NCBI GenBank assembly: GCA_963693365.1
Contig: CAVNZM010000003.1
Span: forward strand, 14,548,422-14,612,421
Source: Amoebidium appalachense
Taxonomy: Eukaryota > Protista > Ichthyosporea
DNA: 64,000 bases
Direction: 5' to 3'
How positions within the stretch are numbered: the stretch's first letter is position 1; each line of letters begins with the position of its first letter. A model generated the notes under the pieces. It was not told the origin of the DNA and searched no databases. It saw only the letters and a program-made list of their open reading frames with translations. The position numbers and the translations under genes were made by a program. Positions 17,259 to 29,969 of the stretch are shown here, one piece after another.

Positions 17259-18758
17259 GTGAGTTCTACCTCCACCTCTTACTTTGTCAAACCTAGCGGC
17301 AGCAACAAGCAGACGGAGAGGTTTGCGCGTCTGTACGAGGAACAGCGGCTATGCGACGTGACGCTAGAAACCGTGGGGCAAGATGGGGTCAGGGTGGCCT
17401 TTCCTGCTCACAGGGTTTTCCTGGTGAGTTTTGGTTTCGTTTTCTCTTTTTTCTCTGTATATTCGAGAGGAGGAGGGATGGGAGTGGGGAAAGGAGGGAG
17501 TGATGAAGAGGGAGGGAGGGAGGAAGGGAGAGAGTGAGTGAGGGAGGGAGGGCAGGGAGGGAGGGAGGGAGTCGGAGGGGGGAGGGAGGGAGGGAGGGGA
17601 GGAGGGGAAGCCTTGGAGGGGGAGGGCCGGGAGGGGGAGGGAGGGAGAGAGAGAGACAGAAGCGAGGGAGGGAGGGAGGTAAGAAAGGAGGGAGGGAGGG
17701 AGGGAGGGAGGGAGGGGGGGGGGGGGGGGGGGGAGAGAGAGAGAGAAAGGAAGGGAGGAAGGGAGAGAGGAACTTCGGGAGGGAGGGAGTGGGGAGGGAG
17801 GGAGGGAGGGAGGGAAGTAGAGAGGGAGGGAGGGAGGGAGGGAGGGAGGGAGAGGGAGGGTGGGGAGGAAGGGAGGGAGATGGAGAGCGATGGGCGGGGG
17901 GAGGGGAGGGGGGGGAGGGGGGGGGGGGGGGGGAAGTGAAAGTGAGGCAAGTACCCAAAATCATTCAGAGTGGAGGCCCTGGGCACGAAAAGTCGGAGGA
18001 GGGGGAGAGAGCCTCTGAGGCAGGCAGGGAGGGTGAACGTACGTGGGTGCTTGTGCGAGTTGCACCTTAAAGTTTCTCTCCACTACCTTCGACTTCACAA
18101 TCCACACCATGCACGTTTGACGCCTTCTCAACTCACATCACCCATATACACAGGAACCGCAAGTGATTATTTTGACCGGTTGCTTCAAGTTGGGCGGGAG
18201 GGCTTTATCGAGAGCAACCAAAATTCCGTCGTGCTGGGCGAGATTCTCCCCTCCGCTCTTTCACTGCTGCTGCGCTGTTGCTATGGACTAACATGGAAAG
18301 TCATGTTGATGCGGAAAATGCCATACATCTGATCAATGCGGCAGACCGGGTAAGTGATGGTTGATTTCACCTGAAAATGTCTTGGCTCTAGTAATTCTTG
18401 CCTTTTCAGAGAACAGGTGCTGGGTGCTTGGGAAAGGGTTAGCTTCTCATGTGTACCCGCACATGCATCCAATCAATCTTTCAAGAACAGGAGAGAGGGT
18501 TCGAGGGTGTGTGTGTGTGTGTTTTGTTTTAGGGGGGGCGGAGACGGGGGAAAGGGGGGAGTAGAGGGGGGAGGGGGGGAGAGCGAGGAACTGTGAGGCG
18601 GGGAGGGAGAAAAGGACATGGGTTCTTGCATCCTGGCTCGTGTTCACCCACCAGGCAAGTGCTTATGCTCAAACTGGGCTTCGACACACACAGACACACG
18701 CGCGCGCGCACACACACACACACACATACACGCACGCACGCACGCACGCACACGCGCG

Positions 18759-18845
<87 letters not shown>

Positions 18846-21515
18846 CGACCTTGACGATCTTCGTGGCAGCCTTGAGGCCCGTTTTCTTCAACTCAAACCA
18901 CTCAGCACTGAGTCTCATGCCGAACTACTTCTTCGGATCATTGCCGGCACAGAAGGCGGCTGGGATTCGTCAACGGGAGCGCCACAGCCAAAACGCCACC
19001 GCTTAAAAAACCAAAACGAAGCAGTTAACGTAACATCAGATATCCGGCATTGATGCAGATGAAAATCTCGAGCCCATGTTTTGTGCGAGTGAAGCGATTC
19101 GCCTTTACGCCGAGGACACTTTCTTCGCTAATGCGCTGTCTTGCTGCCGATCAACCTGAAATGCTCACATGCATAACCCCGGCGGTCATGTTCAGGTTGC
19201 TTAAATGGGAAAAGTATACTGTTAGAGAGATTGAGCTCTTTCGGTTTGCGGATTCATGGTGTCAGAAAACGGGATACAGTCTGGAAACTGTGGCGGGGCA
19301 GGGCCTTTTTGCTCAAATGAACATGGATGAATTGGTGGATGTGGAGAAGAGCGGGCGCATCTCACCGAAAATGCTCCTGGATGCTTATAGGCGGCAACAT
19401 TTACATTTCGCAAGACATTGCCCGATCCCGATCTATGAAAACTACTCCGGGACGTGTGTTGCCTCTAGGGGGACATCCCCTTGGACGAAAGTGAACCTGC
19501 AATGGTTGTAAACCACGGCAAGCCCCCAGTCATCAATTTATTGATCCGTGAGGTCCTTGTGCCCAAAAAACGGGGGAAGTCTTCGCCCCGTGAAAAAACA
19601 GCACGTATGTGGGGATCAATGGGGGTTGAGTGTAGGGTGTAGGTGGGTGGGTGAAAAAGAAAATATAGCTGTAAAGCTGTAGGTGCTAAACACAGAGGAT
19701 GTGTTGTTGCTTGCTGATCTGCTAAAAACTGTCGTGCTTATATACCTAAGGCTGCCGAACTGAGCCAATCAAAACCGATCTACTAGTGTATGTGAAATCT
19801 TATCCTGAGCCAATCAAACTCGGTCTAGTGATCTGTGGAATCTGATGCTTTGATCGGCTAATAGGTGCCCGTATGCGGGCAGCCGAACGCGAACTGCTAA
19901 AACATGAAACGAAGCCTGTTGATATCGGACACCCATCCTACGTGTTTACCCAGAAAAATATTTATGTCAATAATTTCCACAAATAAAACCTCTATGAAAA
20001 CTACTCCGGGACGTGTGTTGCCTCTAGGGGGACATCCCCTTGGACGAAAGTGAACCTGCAATGGTTGTAAACCACGGCACGAGAGCAGTATGCTTGCTCC
20101 AAAGGTTTCACTTAAGAATAGAGGCGAATACACGTGTGGTAGTGGCAGCAATGGAGGCCGGACGAAGTCGGGTATAGATCAGGAAACAGTCGGAGGACCA
20201 CCTGCCGAGTTGTTTGATCCGGGAGTCGTCGACCCCGGCCTCAGCCAGTGCTGTGGGCCCCCCGATGCGGAGGCTGTGTCCGGCAAACCGGGAGGGTGAG
20301 AGGCCTGCCCGGGAGAGGAGGGCACGGAAGTCGGCAGAGAAAGCACTCTTGGTGTAGGGGATGCCACCGAGACTGAAGAGGGGGTCGTTGGGTTGACCGG
20401 ACGTTGTATCCAGGAACTGCCGGAGGAGATGGGCTTGGGTTGACCGGACGTTGTATCCAGGAACTGCCGGAGGAGATGGGCTGGGGAGAAGTGGGTGAGG
20501 GGCAGGGCAGCTAGAGTGACGTTGACACCTCGGGCCTGTACATCCGTCTTAGAGGTTGGCAGGTGGAGGGTGGCATGGGACAAAGTACCGGTGGGGGTGT
20601 AGGTGAAGGTCACGTCTTTCCGTTTAACGTGACGGGACGGGTCAAAGGAAGTCAGGGTTTTGGAGGTAAATTCCCCCGAACGGAGGAGACCACAGAAACC
20701 GACGATGAGGGCCGTCCATAGCCGTAGATTAGCCGAGGAGGCCTTGGTGGGGCACTGGCCATGGAGTAGGCTAAGGTGGGAGGGCAGGAGGGGCTCCCTG
20801 GTGGATGATCGGGGTCGGATGTTGTGAGAAAGCTGCCATCTGCCCACCCCTCGGAAGAACCAGGCCAGAGACTTGTCGTGGGGGTAGGGAGCAGGGAGGC
20901 CCATGTCGAGGTGGAGTCTGGTGATGGCTGAATTGTAGCCGGCCAAGGAAGAGGCCTGTACCCCTCGTTGGGCACACCAGGCGAGAAAAAGCTGCACGGT
21001 GTGGGGGGAGGCCGGGAGGGAGGACCCGGCGGAGGATTGCAGCCGAGATGCCACACAAAAATCGATGAACACTTTTTTTTTTTTTCTTTGTACCCTGGAG
21101 TAAAAGGCCCGAGAGTCGAGGTTGAGACTCAGGGCCTGGCATTCCTGCAGGGTAGTGGTGGCACGAAGCAGCTCGGCCGGAGCAAAGTGGGGGGCCAATC
21201 GGCCAGCGTTGCTCCGGAAGGGGAGATCTGGGGGGGGGGGGGGGGGTGAGCCCAGGGGAAGGGATAGGAACTTGTGGACCCAGAAGGGGAAGGGGCAGGG
21301 CTCCGGTTGCAGGTAAGGTCGGAGTCGTCGGGTCCGGGGAAGTTGGTTACGGAGGAGCTGCGCGGCGAATGATTGGGCTGGGTAGGGGGGCCAGCAGCTC
21401 CCAGAGGCGGGAGGTGTCAACGTGGTGCTGGGGCAGCGGGCGGGCCACCGGGGCTGAGCCTCGGGGGAAGGGGGTGGTTAGCAAGGGTGGGGCACCCTCG
21501 GGGAGATCCCGGCAT

Positions 21516-21556
<41 letters not shown>

Positions 21557-23257
21557 CAGGGCCCCGGGGGGTTAGAGTAGGGCAGCTGGGCCCGAGGGAG
21601 GGTTTGCAGGGAGGGCAGCGGGGCCCTGTGCAGGGGATGCCCGAGCACGCGCGGGTGTGGGCGTACACAGAGTTAGAAGAAGGGAGGGAGCGCTAGGTGA
21701 GTGTAAGGGGGGGAGGCTCGTGGGATGGGGGGGGAGTAAATTTATGTGCAGTGGCCAGAATAACGTCTTTGTGTAGGGACATTTATTCTTGGCGCGCGCG
21801 GGCGCCGTAGTTGGCCTGCGAAAAATGTTACTCAGCCCTAGTGCCCCGTTTTTCCCGAGCTCCGTGTCCTTGGACCCGTGTAACCTAGCTCCTAGCCCCT
21901 ATGTTCTATCTGTGGGTGTGGGTGTGCGCGTAGACTAGGCATTGTGCTTGCAGTCTTTGCGGGGGTGTGTGCCAGAGCAGAGCGGGCACACGTGGGAGAA
22001 GGGGCAGGGCTGCTTAGCGCAGGACCGACCGTTGTGGAAATTCCTGCAGTGTGTTGCGGGTAGATCCACGGGTCGGGCCGGTGGTGCCGGGCCGGGTTGC
22101 GGGCCGGGTCGGTTGGGGGTTTGTCCCCCGCCGGGCTTGTGGGGGGGCTCGAAACCATCAAGACCACAGCCGGGCTTGGGGTACATGGGGCAGGCCGCGC
22201 TGGGGTGGTCGGGGAAGCCGCAACGCTGACATGCGTCCGGGATGAGCAGAGTGGGTGGCAGGAGGAGATCCTGGTGGAGTTGGGCGAGCAGGTTGGGACA
22301 CTCGATCGGAGCCCGACCCTGTTGGTGGGCAACGGTTCGGGCGTATACGTCATAGTTGTGGATCTGGGTCCACGGGTATCGGGTGCTGAGGCGAGTGATG
22401 CGTTGGTCAGCCTGTGGCGGAGGTCGCTGCGGGTTAGGCGCTTAGGTGCCGCGGTAGGGGCGGCGGCTGAGGCCTGGCGCTTTTTCGGCGGCATGCTGAC
22501 CGGCGTAGGGAAAGATAGGGAGAAGAAAAGAAAAAAGAAAATATAGCTGTAAAGCTGTAGGTGCTAAACACAGAGGATGTGTTGTTGCTTGCTGATCTGC
22601 TAAAAACTGTCGTGCTTATATACCTAAGGCTGCCGAACTGAGCCAATCAAAACCGATCTAGTGTATGTGAAATCTTATCCTGAGCCAATCAAACTCGGTC
22701 TAGTGATCTGTGGAATCTGATGCTTTGATCGGCTAATAGGTGCCCGTATGCGGGCAGCCGAACGCGAACTGCTAAAACATGAAACGAAGCCTGTTGATAT
22801 CGGACACCCATCCTACGTGTTTACCCAGAAAAATATTTATGTCAATAATTTCCACAAATAAAACCTATCTTCGATTTTCCAAGACAGTGGTTTGCACCGC
22901 GTCTTGCGTACAAATTTACTTTTGAGGCAACAGAAGATGAAATACCCAGCCCCCCCCCCCCCCCCCCCCCCCCATCGCAATCAGGAACTGACATCCAAAG
23001 AGAAACTCGATTTTGGTGGGGTCAAAGTAACGGGATCTCTGCTGTTTTGGCCTCGTAGGGAAAGACCAGCGGAACCCGACCAAATTGTCATGGCAATGAC
23101 CATTTCCTTCCCCCGTCACTTTCTGGGCCAACCCCGTGTAGCATTGGAATCCGTTGCTTTCGAGACAGAACAGAGGGGTAGGAAAGTCGTGCGCACATAT
23201 TGTGGTGGGTTGCGCGGCAGGTCTGAAACGGTTGCCATTTTTACCCACAATCACTGA
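17259..23257 (+). pseudogene. BTB/POZ-BACK domain gene, frameshifted and interrupted by an Ngaro element
   Basis: BTB motifs LCDVTL...FPAHRVFL|gtgagt, ASDYFDRLL, SALSLLLRCCYG, (shifted frame) DAENAIHLINAADR|gtaagt; BACK-like VREIELFRFADSW and FAQMNMDEL. The frame at 19431 resumes at 22866 once the element is removed. No in-frame ATG seen. Confidence 0.75.
19432..22865 (-). mobile_element. Ngaro-type YR retrotransposon, non-autonomous deletion derivative (copy 1)
   Basis: Split direct repeats A1 (~22530-22865), B1 (19991-20079), A2 (19652-19990), B2 (19432-19520). gag and RT/RH are deleted relative to 24939-30349; YR retained but frameshifted by a 47-bp tandem duplication (20389-20482). Confidence 0.93.
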
Positions 23258-25624
23258 TGATGACATTCGAGGCATGATTCAGGGACGTGGGCGGTTTATG
23301 GTGCTTGCTGGTTTTTACTTGGCCGGAAGCTGCCCATGAGTCATGATGAATGACGAATGATAACGACACCACGCGCGTTCTCTTCTTTTAGCGTTATTAT
23401 ATATATAAGTTAGAGAATCTCGAGTTTAGATGATACCAGTCATGGTGTTGCTTTTCTTGTAGATGAGAAGCAGAACGAGCAGAAATTTTTTTAAACCTCC
23501 ATAGCAATGTGTTGGGGGATCCTGCACATATATGGACAAACATACTGGTGCCCGCGCCGTGACAAAGGTGTGGTATGGCTTGACGATCAAGCCGAGCGTA
23601 TCATAGTCTGGTTTCCTGTACCTATACATACTTCGTATACTCAGTGGTGCATTCTAACCTTATCACAATAGCCCCCCCCCCCCCCCCCCCCCCCCCTTCC
23701 ACACACGCACACTACACGGGCCGCCGCCCCTCCCACCACTCCAAACAATATGGTATTAGAGTGGGTGAGTGAGTGGATGTGGGTCAACTCGGTAGCCTAT
23801 TGTTATGTACATATGACATTGTATCATAAAGGCACACAAGTGTTTGGGGTCCGGGACACCAAGGATTATCTCGGCACTTGGATGTGGATATATGTTGGGT
23901 ATATCTAGGCATGTGGACGTAAATTTGCTGGATATCTGGACATGTGGACGTAAATTTGTTGGATATCTGGGCACTGTGCGGATGTAAATTTGTTGGATAT
24001 TGTAAACAACTGTACACATGAACTGTACATGTTTACTAAAGAATGTGATCTACTAGCACACGATTCGTGCTTTGTCATGAATATCACATAAATATTATGT
24101 CCGCACCAATAGGACTCACTCTGACCTAAGAATTGAACCATATATGATTCTATTGCTGCATACCACATAAACGAAGTGGACCAATAAGGGGTTTGCATAA
24201 ATAGGACGAAGGTCTGACTGGCTCGGACCGCACCAGAATCACGAATGGCATGTTGCCACCCGCGCTGGCCGCGGATGAACCAATCCTGGGCCTTGATCCG
24301 AAACCTGGGGGCTATATAACAAAGCCGTCCCAGTACGGGGATCACATCAGTGAAGTCTGAGACAGACTGAGTCGGCCCATAGTAAAAGCAACCTGGCCGC
24401 GTGTGCCTTTCTACCCGTTCTCTGTCTTTATTTTGATTCAGTTGTACTCTGCCTTATCCTAACTAGTCCAACTGTTTACATTGGCGACCGCGCAGTTCAA
24501 GAATCTCGCATCCTTCGAATCTCACATCTTTCAATCAGCTCAAGAATCTCACATCTTTCAATTACCCCAAGAATCTGCCATGGCCGATCACAAATCCTTT
24601 TTACCACGATGATAGGCACATCTTTCCTTGTCCGACTTAGAATATATACACCGACAAGTTTGAAGTGGCCAGCCCACCTACACGGAAAGAATTGAACGCA
24701 TGTAAAACGGCTTTTGCTACGACACAAAGAAAATGTGAAGAAAAACGAATACACAACAAAACAACGAATACACGAACAAACGAATAAAGAATTGCTAACG
24801 AAGCAATGAACCAACGAAAAACGAACCATCACGAATACACAACGAAATAACGAATTAACAACAAACGAATGCATAGAGGAAATACGAAATAAACGCAACA
24901 CGAAAATAAAACGAAGGAACGAAGTTATGAAACAACGATCTATGAAAACTACTCCGGGACGTGTGTTGCCTCTAGGGGGACATCCCCTTGGACGAAAGTG
25001 AACCTGCAATGGTTGTAAACCACGGCAAGCCCCCAGTCATCAATTTATTGATCCGTGAGGTCCTTGTGCCCAAAAAACGGGGGAAGTCTTCGCCCCGTGA
25101 AAAAACAGCACGTATGTGTGGATCAATGGGGGTTGAGTGTGGGTGTGGGTGGGTGGGTGAAAAAGGAATATATAGCTGTAAGGCTGTGAGTGCTAAACAC
25201 AGAAGATGTGTTTGTAGCTTGCTGATCTGCTAAAAACTGTCGTGCTTATATACCTAAGCCTACCAATTTGAGCCAATCAAAATCGATCTAGTGATATGTG
25301 AAATCTGATCCGAGCCAATCGAAACTCGGTCTAGTGATATGTGGAATCTGATGTTTTGATTGGCTAATAGGTGCTCGTGTGCGGGCAGCCAACCGCGAAC
25401 TGCTAAAACACGAAATGAAGCCTACATGGTTATGTTGATACCGAACACCCATCCTACGTGTTTACCCAGAAAAAATATTTATGTCAATAAATTCCACAAA
25501 TAAAACCTCTATGAAAACTACTCCGGGACGTGTGTTGCCTCTAGGGGGACATCCCCTTGGACGAAAGTGAACCTGCAATGGTTGTAAACCACGGCACGAG
25601 AGCAGTATGCTTGCTCCAAAGGTT

Positions 25625-26827
25625 TCACTTAAGAATAGAGGCGAATACACGTGTGGTAGTGGCAGCAATGGAGGCCGGGCGAAGTCGAGTATAGATCAGG
25701 AAACAGTCGGAGGACCATCTGCCGAGTTGTTTGATCCGGGAGTTGTCGACCCCGGCCTCAGCCAGGGCTGTGGCCCCCCCGATTCGGAGGCTGTGGCCGG
25801 CAAACCGGGAGGGTGAGAGGCCTGCCCGGGAGAGGAGAGCACGGAAGTCGGCAGAGAAAGCACCCTTGGTGTAGGGAATGCCACCGAGACTGAACAGGGG
25901 GTCGTCGGGTTGACCGGACGTTGTATCCAGGAACTGCCGGAGGAGATGGGCTGGGGAGAAGTGGGTGAGGGGCAGGGCAGCGAGAGTGACGTTGACACCT
26001 TGGGCCTGTACATCCGTCTTGGAGGTTGGCAGGTGGAGGGTGGCATGGGACAAAGTACCGGAGGGGGTGTAGCTGAAGGTCACGTCCTTCCTTTTAACGT
26101 GACGGGACGGGTCGAAGGAAGTCAGGGTCTTGGAGGTAAATTCCCCCGAACGGAGGAGACCACAAAAACCGACGATGAGGACCGTCCATAGCCGGAGATT
26201 GGCCGAGGAGGCCTTGGTGGGGCACTGGCCATGGAGTAGGCTGAGGTGGGAGGGCAGGAGGGGCTCGCTGGTAGATGATCGGGGCCGGATGTTGTGAGAA
26301 AGCTGCCATCTGCCCACCCCTCGTAGGAACCAGGCCAGAGACTTGTCGTGGGGGTAGGGAGCAGGGAGGCCCATGTCGAGGTGGAGTCTGGTGATGGCCG
26401 AATTGTAGCCGGCCAAGGAAGAGGCCTGTACCCCTCGTTGGGCACACCAGGCGAGAAAGAGCTGCACGGTGTGTGGGGAGGCCGGGAGGTAGGACCCGGA
26501 GGAGGACTGCAGCCGAGATGCCACACAAAAATCGATGAACACTTTTTGCACCCGGGAGTAAAAGGCCCGAGAGTCGAGGTTGAGACTCAGGGCCTGGCAT
26601 TCCTGCAGGGTAGTGGTGGCTCGAAGCAGCTCGGCCGGAGCAAAGTGGGGGGCCAATCTGCCGGCGTTGCTCCGGAAGGGGAGATCTGGGGGGAGGGGGG
26701 GGGGGGGGGTGTTAGCCCAGGGGATAGGATAGGAACTCGTGGACCCAGGAGGGGAAGGGGCAGGGCTCCGGTTGCAGGGAAGGTCGGAGTCGTCGGGCTC
26801 GGGGAAGTTGGTTACGAGAAATGGCAT
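25625..26827 (-). CDS. Tyrosine recombinase
   Basis: Catalytic set LLRSGE, SKTD, HSLRIGGAT, GRWSSD, FLIY; N-terminal core-binding region (FLAWCA...SLAGYNSAI). Confidence 0.95.
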   Translation of the reverse strand: MPFLVTNFPEPDDSDLPCNRSPAPSPPGSTSSYPIPWANTPPPPLPPDLPFRSNAGRLAPHFAPAELLRATTTLQECQALSLNLDSRAFYSRVQKVFIDFCVASRLQSSSGSYLPASPHTVQLFLAWCAQRGVQASSLAGYNSAITRLHLDMGLPAPYPHDKSLAWFLRGVGRWQLSHNIRPRSSTSEPLLPSHLSLLHGQCPTKASSANLRLWTVLIVGFCGLLRSGEFTSKTLTSFDPSRHVKRKDVTFSYTPSGTLSHATLHLPTSKTDVQAQGVNVTLAALPLTHFSPAHLLRQFLDTTSGQPDDPLFSLGGIPYTKGAFSADFRALLSRAGLSPSRFAGHSLRIGGATALAEAGVDNSRIKQLGRWSSDCFLIYTRLRPASIAATTTRVFASILK

Positions 26828-28660
26828 CGGCTAGATGGTTGAGGGGTCCCGGTAGGTAGGAGGCCTGTAACGTGAATTGGTATTGCATTTCCATGCGGGT
26901 GATGAACCGAATAAGTTTGGCCATCACGGGGTGGGGGGAAGACCGGGAGTGCAGGTCAGACACAGCACCCGTGTTGTCGCATAAAATACGGACATGGTGG
27001 GTGGACCAGGAGGGGGCCCAGAGGGCCACGGCGGCTGCGATGGCCAAGAGTTCGATGACGGAGGAACCGAGTTTACCCTCATGAGTATAGAGGGCTTGGG
27101 TGGGGGGAGACCAGGGCATGAAAAACCATTGGTCGAGCCAGTGGCCCCCTAGACCCACGGATCCGGCAGCATCGGTGGCCAGGGTGGTGTATGTGGGGGG
27201 GGTGATAAGGTGCACCCCATTCCATGATGTGAGGAACTGGTGCCATTCGGTTATGTCTGCCCGGGCGGCAGCAGACAGCCGTATGTGGTGGTGCCCGGCA
27301 AGGTGTGGGTGTTTTCGGAGAAGGGCCCATAGGCGCTGGGAGAAGGCCCGCCCGGGGGGGACCAGCTGGGCACACCAGGTGAGTTTTCCGAGGAGGGATT
27401 GCAGGTCCCGAATGGTGATGGTGGGTGTTGGGTGGGAAGTGAGGTCGAGTAGGTCCGAGAGTTTGGAAGCAGGGATCCGTGCCTCCATGGTGACGGAGTC
27501 GAATTCGATACCGATGAAGACAATACGGGTAGCCGGGCCCTGCATCTTGTCTTCGGAGATGGCAATGTGCAGCTCTCGGCAGAGTTGCAGGAAGGTGGAT
27601 AGGTGACGTTGGCACTGCTCTTGGGTGGGGGCGACTATAATCCAGTCGTCTACGTAGTGGCGGATGAGGGTAACACCGTGCTGGTGTGCCAGCCACTGGA
27701 GGGTGGCCGCGATCCGTTCCCAGATGGCTGGGCTAGATTTCAGGCCGAAGGGCAGTCGGGTGTCAACGTAAAAATGCCCCTGCCATCTGAATGCCATTAA
27801 GTGATGGTCTTCTGGTCGGATGGGCATGTGCCGGAAGGCAGCCTGCACGTCTGCCACGGCCATGTAGCAGCCGGGGCCTGCGTCGAGAATGAGCTGGGTG
27901 ACGTCCCGGGCTCGAATGTACTGAAGTTCGTCGGGGTAGGTGACGCTGTCATTGACGCTGCTGCCCCGGGGCCATGAGAGGTGGTGAATTCGACGGTACT
28001 TGGGGGGGTTCCCTTTTTTAGTAACGGCGCCGATGGGGGAGGAACGGTGGACCGGAAATTCGGCGAAGAATTGGTCCGGGGAGAGGGGGCCGCGCAGGTG
28101 GCCGAGGGCGACTTCGTTGGCAATATCCGCCGTGATAGCGGCAGCAGCAGCCGGGGTGGTGGGTAGGTTGGGGCCCACCCGAGAGGTGGAGGGGCCGCGG
28201 TAGCCGATGTCGACACCGAATTCGACATCGTGGAGGAGCTGCGCGGCGAATGATTGGCCTGGGTAGGATGCCAGCAGCTCCCGGAGGCGGGAGGTGTCAA
28301 TGTGGTGCTGGGGCAGCGGGCGGGCCTCCGGGTCTGAGCCTCGGGGGAAGGTGTGGTTAGCAAGGGTGGGGCACCCTCGGGGAGGTCCCGGCAGCGGGGG
28401 GGGGGGGGGGGGGGGGGGGGCAGCAGGGCCCCGGGGGGGTTAGAGTAGGGCAGCTGGGCCCGAGGGAGGGTTTGCAGGGAGGGCAGCGGGGCCCTGTGCA
28501 GGGGATGCCCGAGCACGCGCGGGTGTGGGTGGACACAGAGGTCGAAGAAGGGGGGGGAGGGAGTGCTAGGTGAGTGCCAGGGGAGGGGAGGCTCGTGGGA
28601 TGGGGGGGGGGGAGTAAAATTATGTGCATTGGCCAGAATAACGTCTTTGTGTAGAGACAT
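26712..28660 (-). CDS. DIRS/Ngaro reverse transcriptase-RNase H; 5' part from ATG 28660 shifts frame in poly-C tracts
   Basis: KYRRIHHLSWP, ADVQAAFRHMP, LPFGLKSSP, YVDDW, RNase H TDAAG, IELLAI, CDNTG, NHLADAISR. Confidence 0.92.
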
Positions 28661-28805
28661 TTATTCTTGGCGCGCGCGGGCGCCGTAGTTGGCCTGCGAA
28701 AATTTGTACTCAGCCCTATTGGCCCGTTTTCCCGAGCTCCGTTTCCTTGTACCCGTGTGTCCTAGCTCCGAGCCCCTATGTTCTATCTGTGTGTGTGTGC
28801 GTAGA

Positions 28806-29969
28806 CTAGGCATTGTGCTTGCAGTCTTTGCGGGGGTGTGTGCCAGAGCAGAGCGGGCACACGTGGGAGAAGGGGCAGGGCTGCTTAGCGCAGGACCGAC
28901 CGTTAATGTGGAAATTCCTGCAGTGCGTCGCGGGTAGATCCACGGGTCGGGCCGGTTTTGCCGGGCCGGGTTGCGGGCCAGGGCGGTTGGGGGTTTGGCC
29001 CCCGCCGGGCTTGTGGGGCGGCTTGAAGCCGTCAAGACCACAGCCGGGCTTGGGGTACATGGGGCAGGCCGCGCTGGGGTGGTCGGGGAAGCCACAGCGC
29101 TGACATGCGTCCGGGATGAGCAGAGTGGGTGGCAGGAGGAGATCCTGGTGGAGTTGGGCGAGCAGGTTGGGACACTCGATCGGAGCCCGACCCTGCTGGT
29201 GGGCAACAGTACGGGCGTACACGTCATAGTTGTGGATCTGGGCCCACGGGTATCGGGTGCTGAGGCGAGTGATGTGCTGAGTCCAAAGTACGTCCTTGTC
29301 CGTGGGGAGGTCGAGGTGGTGCTTGGCGGCCATGTAATGGGCCCAAGCTTGGATCCAAATGACGAGTGAACGCAGGGGAACGGGTTTGTCATTGCGAAAA
29401 GCCTCGATGCTGCCGTCGTCGGCCATGCGCAGCTGCTGACCTTTCTTGGATGGGGCCAGGAGGGCTGCGGGGGTGAACTTATACAGGTCGACGAAACGAT
29501 TGGCGCGCAAATCTGCCAGCACATCCGCGGGGGGAAGCAGCAGTGTGCCCGGCTGAATGTCGCCAGTGTTCTCACCTGTAATGGGGGGCGCGGGCAGGGC
29601 AGGTAGGTCCAGGTCAGGGCCGAGATGCAGTCCCGGGGAAACCTCCCCGGGTGCAGGGGGTGCGGCAGGGGGCGCGGGAGGGTCGCGGTTGGTGAGAGCG
29701 GCCAGGACGCCAGCCATCTGGGTGCTGATGGCGGTGAGGGCGGCAAGGACGGCGTCTTGAGAAGTCATCGGCGGGGACGGCGGGGCCTGAGGAGGGACTT
29801 CAGGAGTAGAGGGGAGAGTAGCCGGAGGGTCCGTGGTGGTATGGGCCTCCGGAGGCGCGTCAGGGCCCGCGGGAGCGTTGGTCAGCCTGTGGCGGAGGTC
29901 GCTGCGGGTCAGGCGCTTAGGTGCCGCGGCGGGGGCGGTGGCTGAGGCCTGGCGTTTTTTCGGCGGCAT
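28806..29969 (-). CDS. Ngaro Gag-like protein
   Basis: 387-aa ORF starting MPPKKR, with CQRCGFPDHPSAAC and CRNFH..C...C.FSHVCPLCSGTH..C zinc fingers, upstream of RT. Confidence 0.9.
   Translation of the reverse strand: MPPKKRQASATAPAAAPKRLTRSDLRHRLTNAPAGPDAPPEAHTTTDPPATLPSTPEVPPQAPPSPPMTSQDAVLAALTAISTQMAGVLAALTNRDPPAPPAAPPAPGEVSPGLHLGPDLDLPALPAPPITGENTGDIQPGTLLLPPADVLADLRANRFVDLYKFTPAALLAPSKKGQQLRMADDGSIEAFRNDKPVPLRSLVIWIQAWAHYMAAKHHLDLPTDKDVLWTQHITRLSTRYPWAQIHNYDVYARTVAHQQGRAPIECPNLLAQLHQDLLLPPTLLIPDACQRCGFPDHPSAACPMYPKPGCGLDGFKPPHKPGGGQTPNRPGPQPGPAKPARPVDLPATHCRNFHINGRSCAKQPCPFSHVCPLCSGTHPRKDCKHNA

Noticed and set aside
19432-22865. RT-less YR elements as Cryptons
   Set aside because: They carry Ngaro split direct repeats and gag/RT remnants colinear with the full Ngaro copy.
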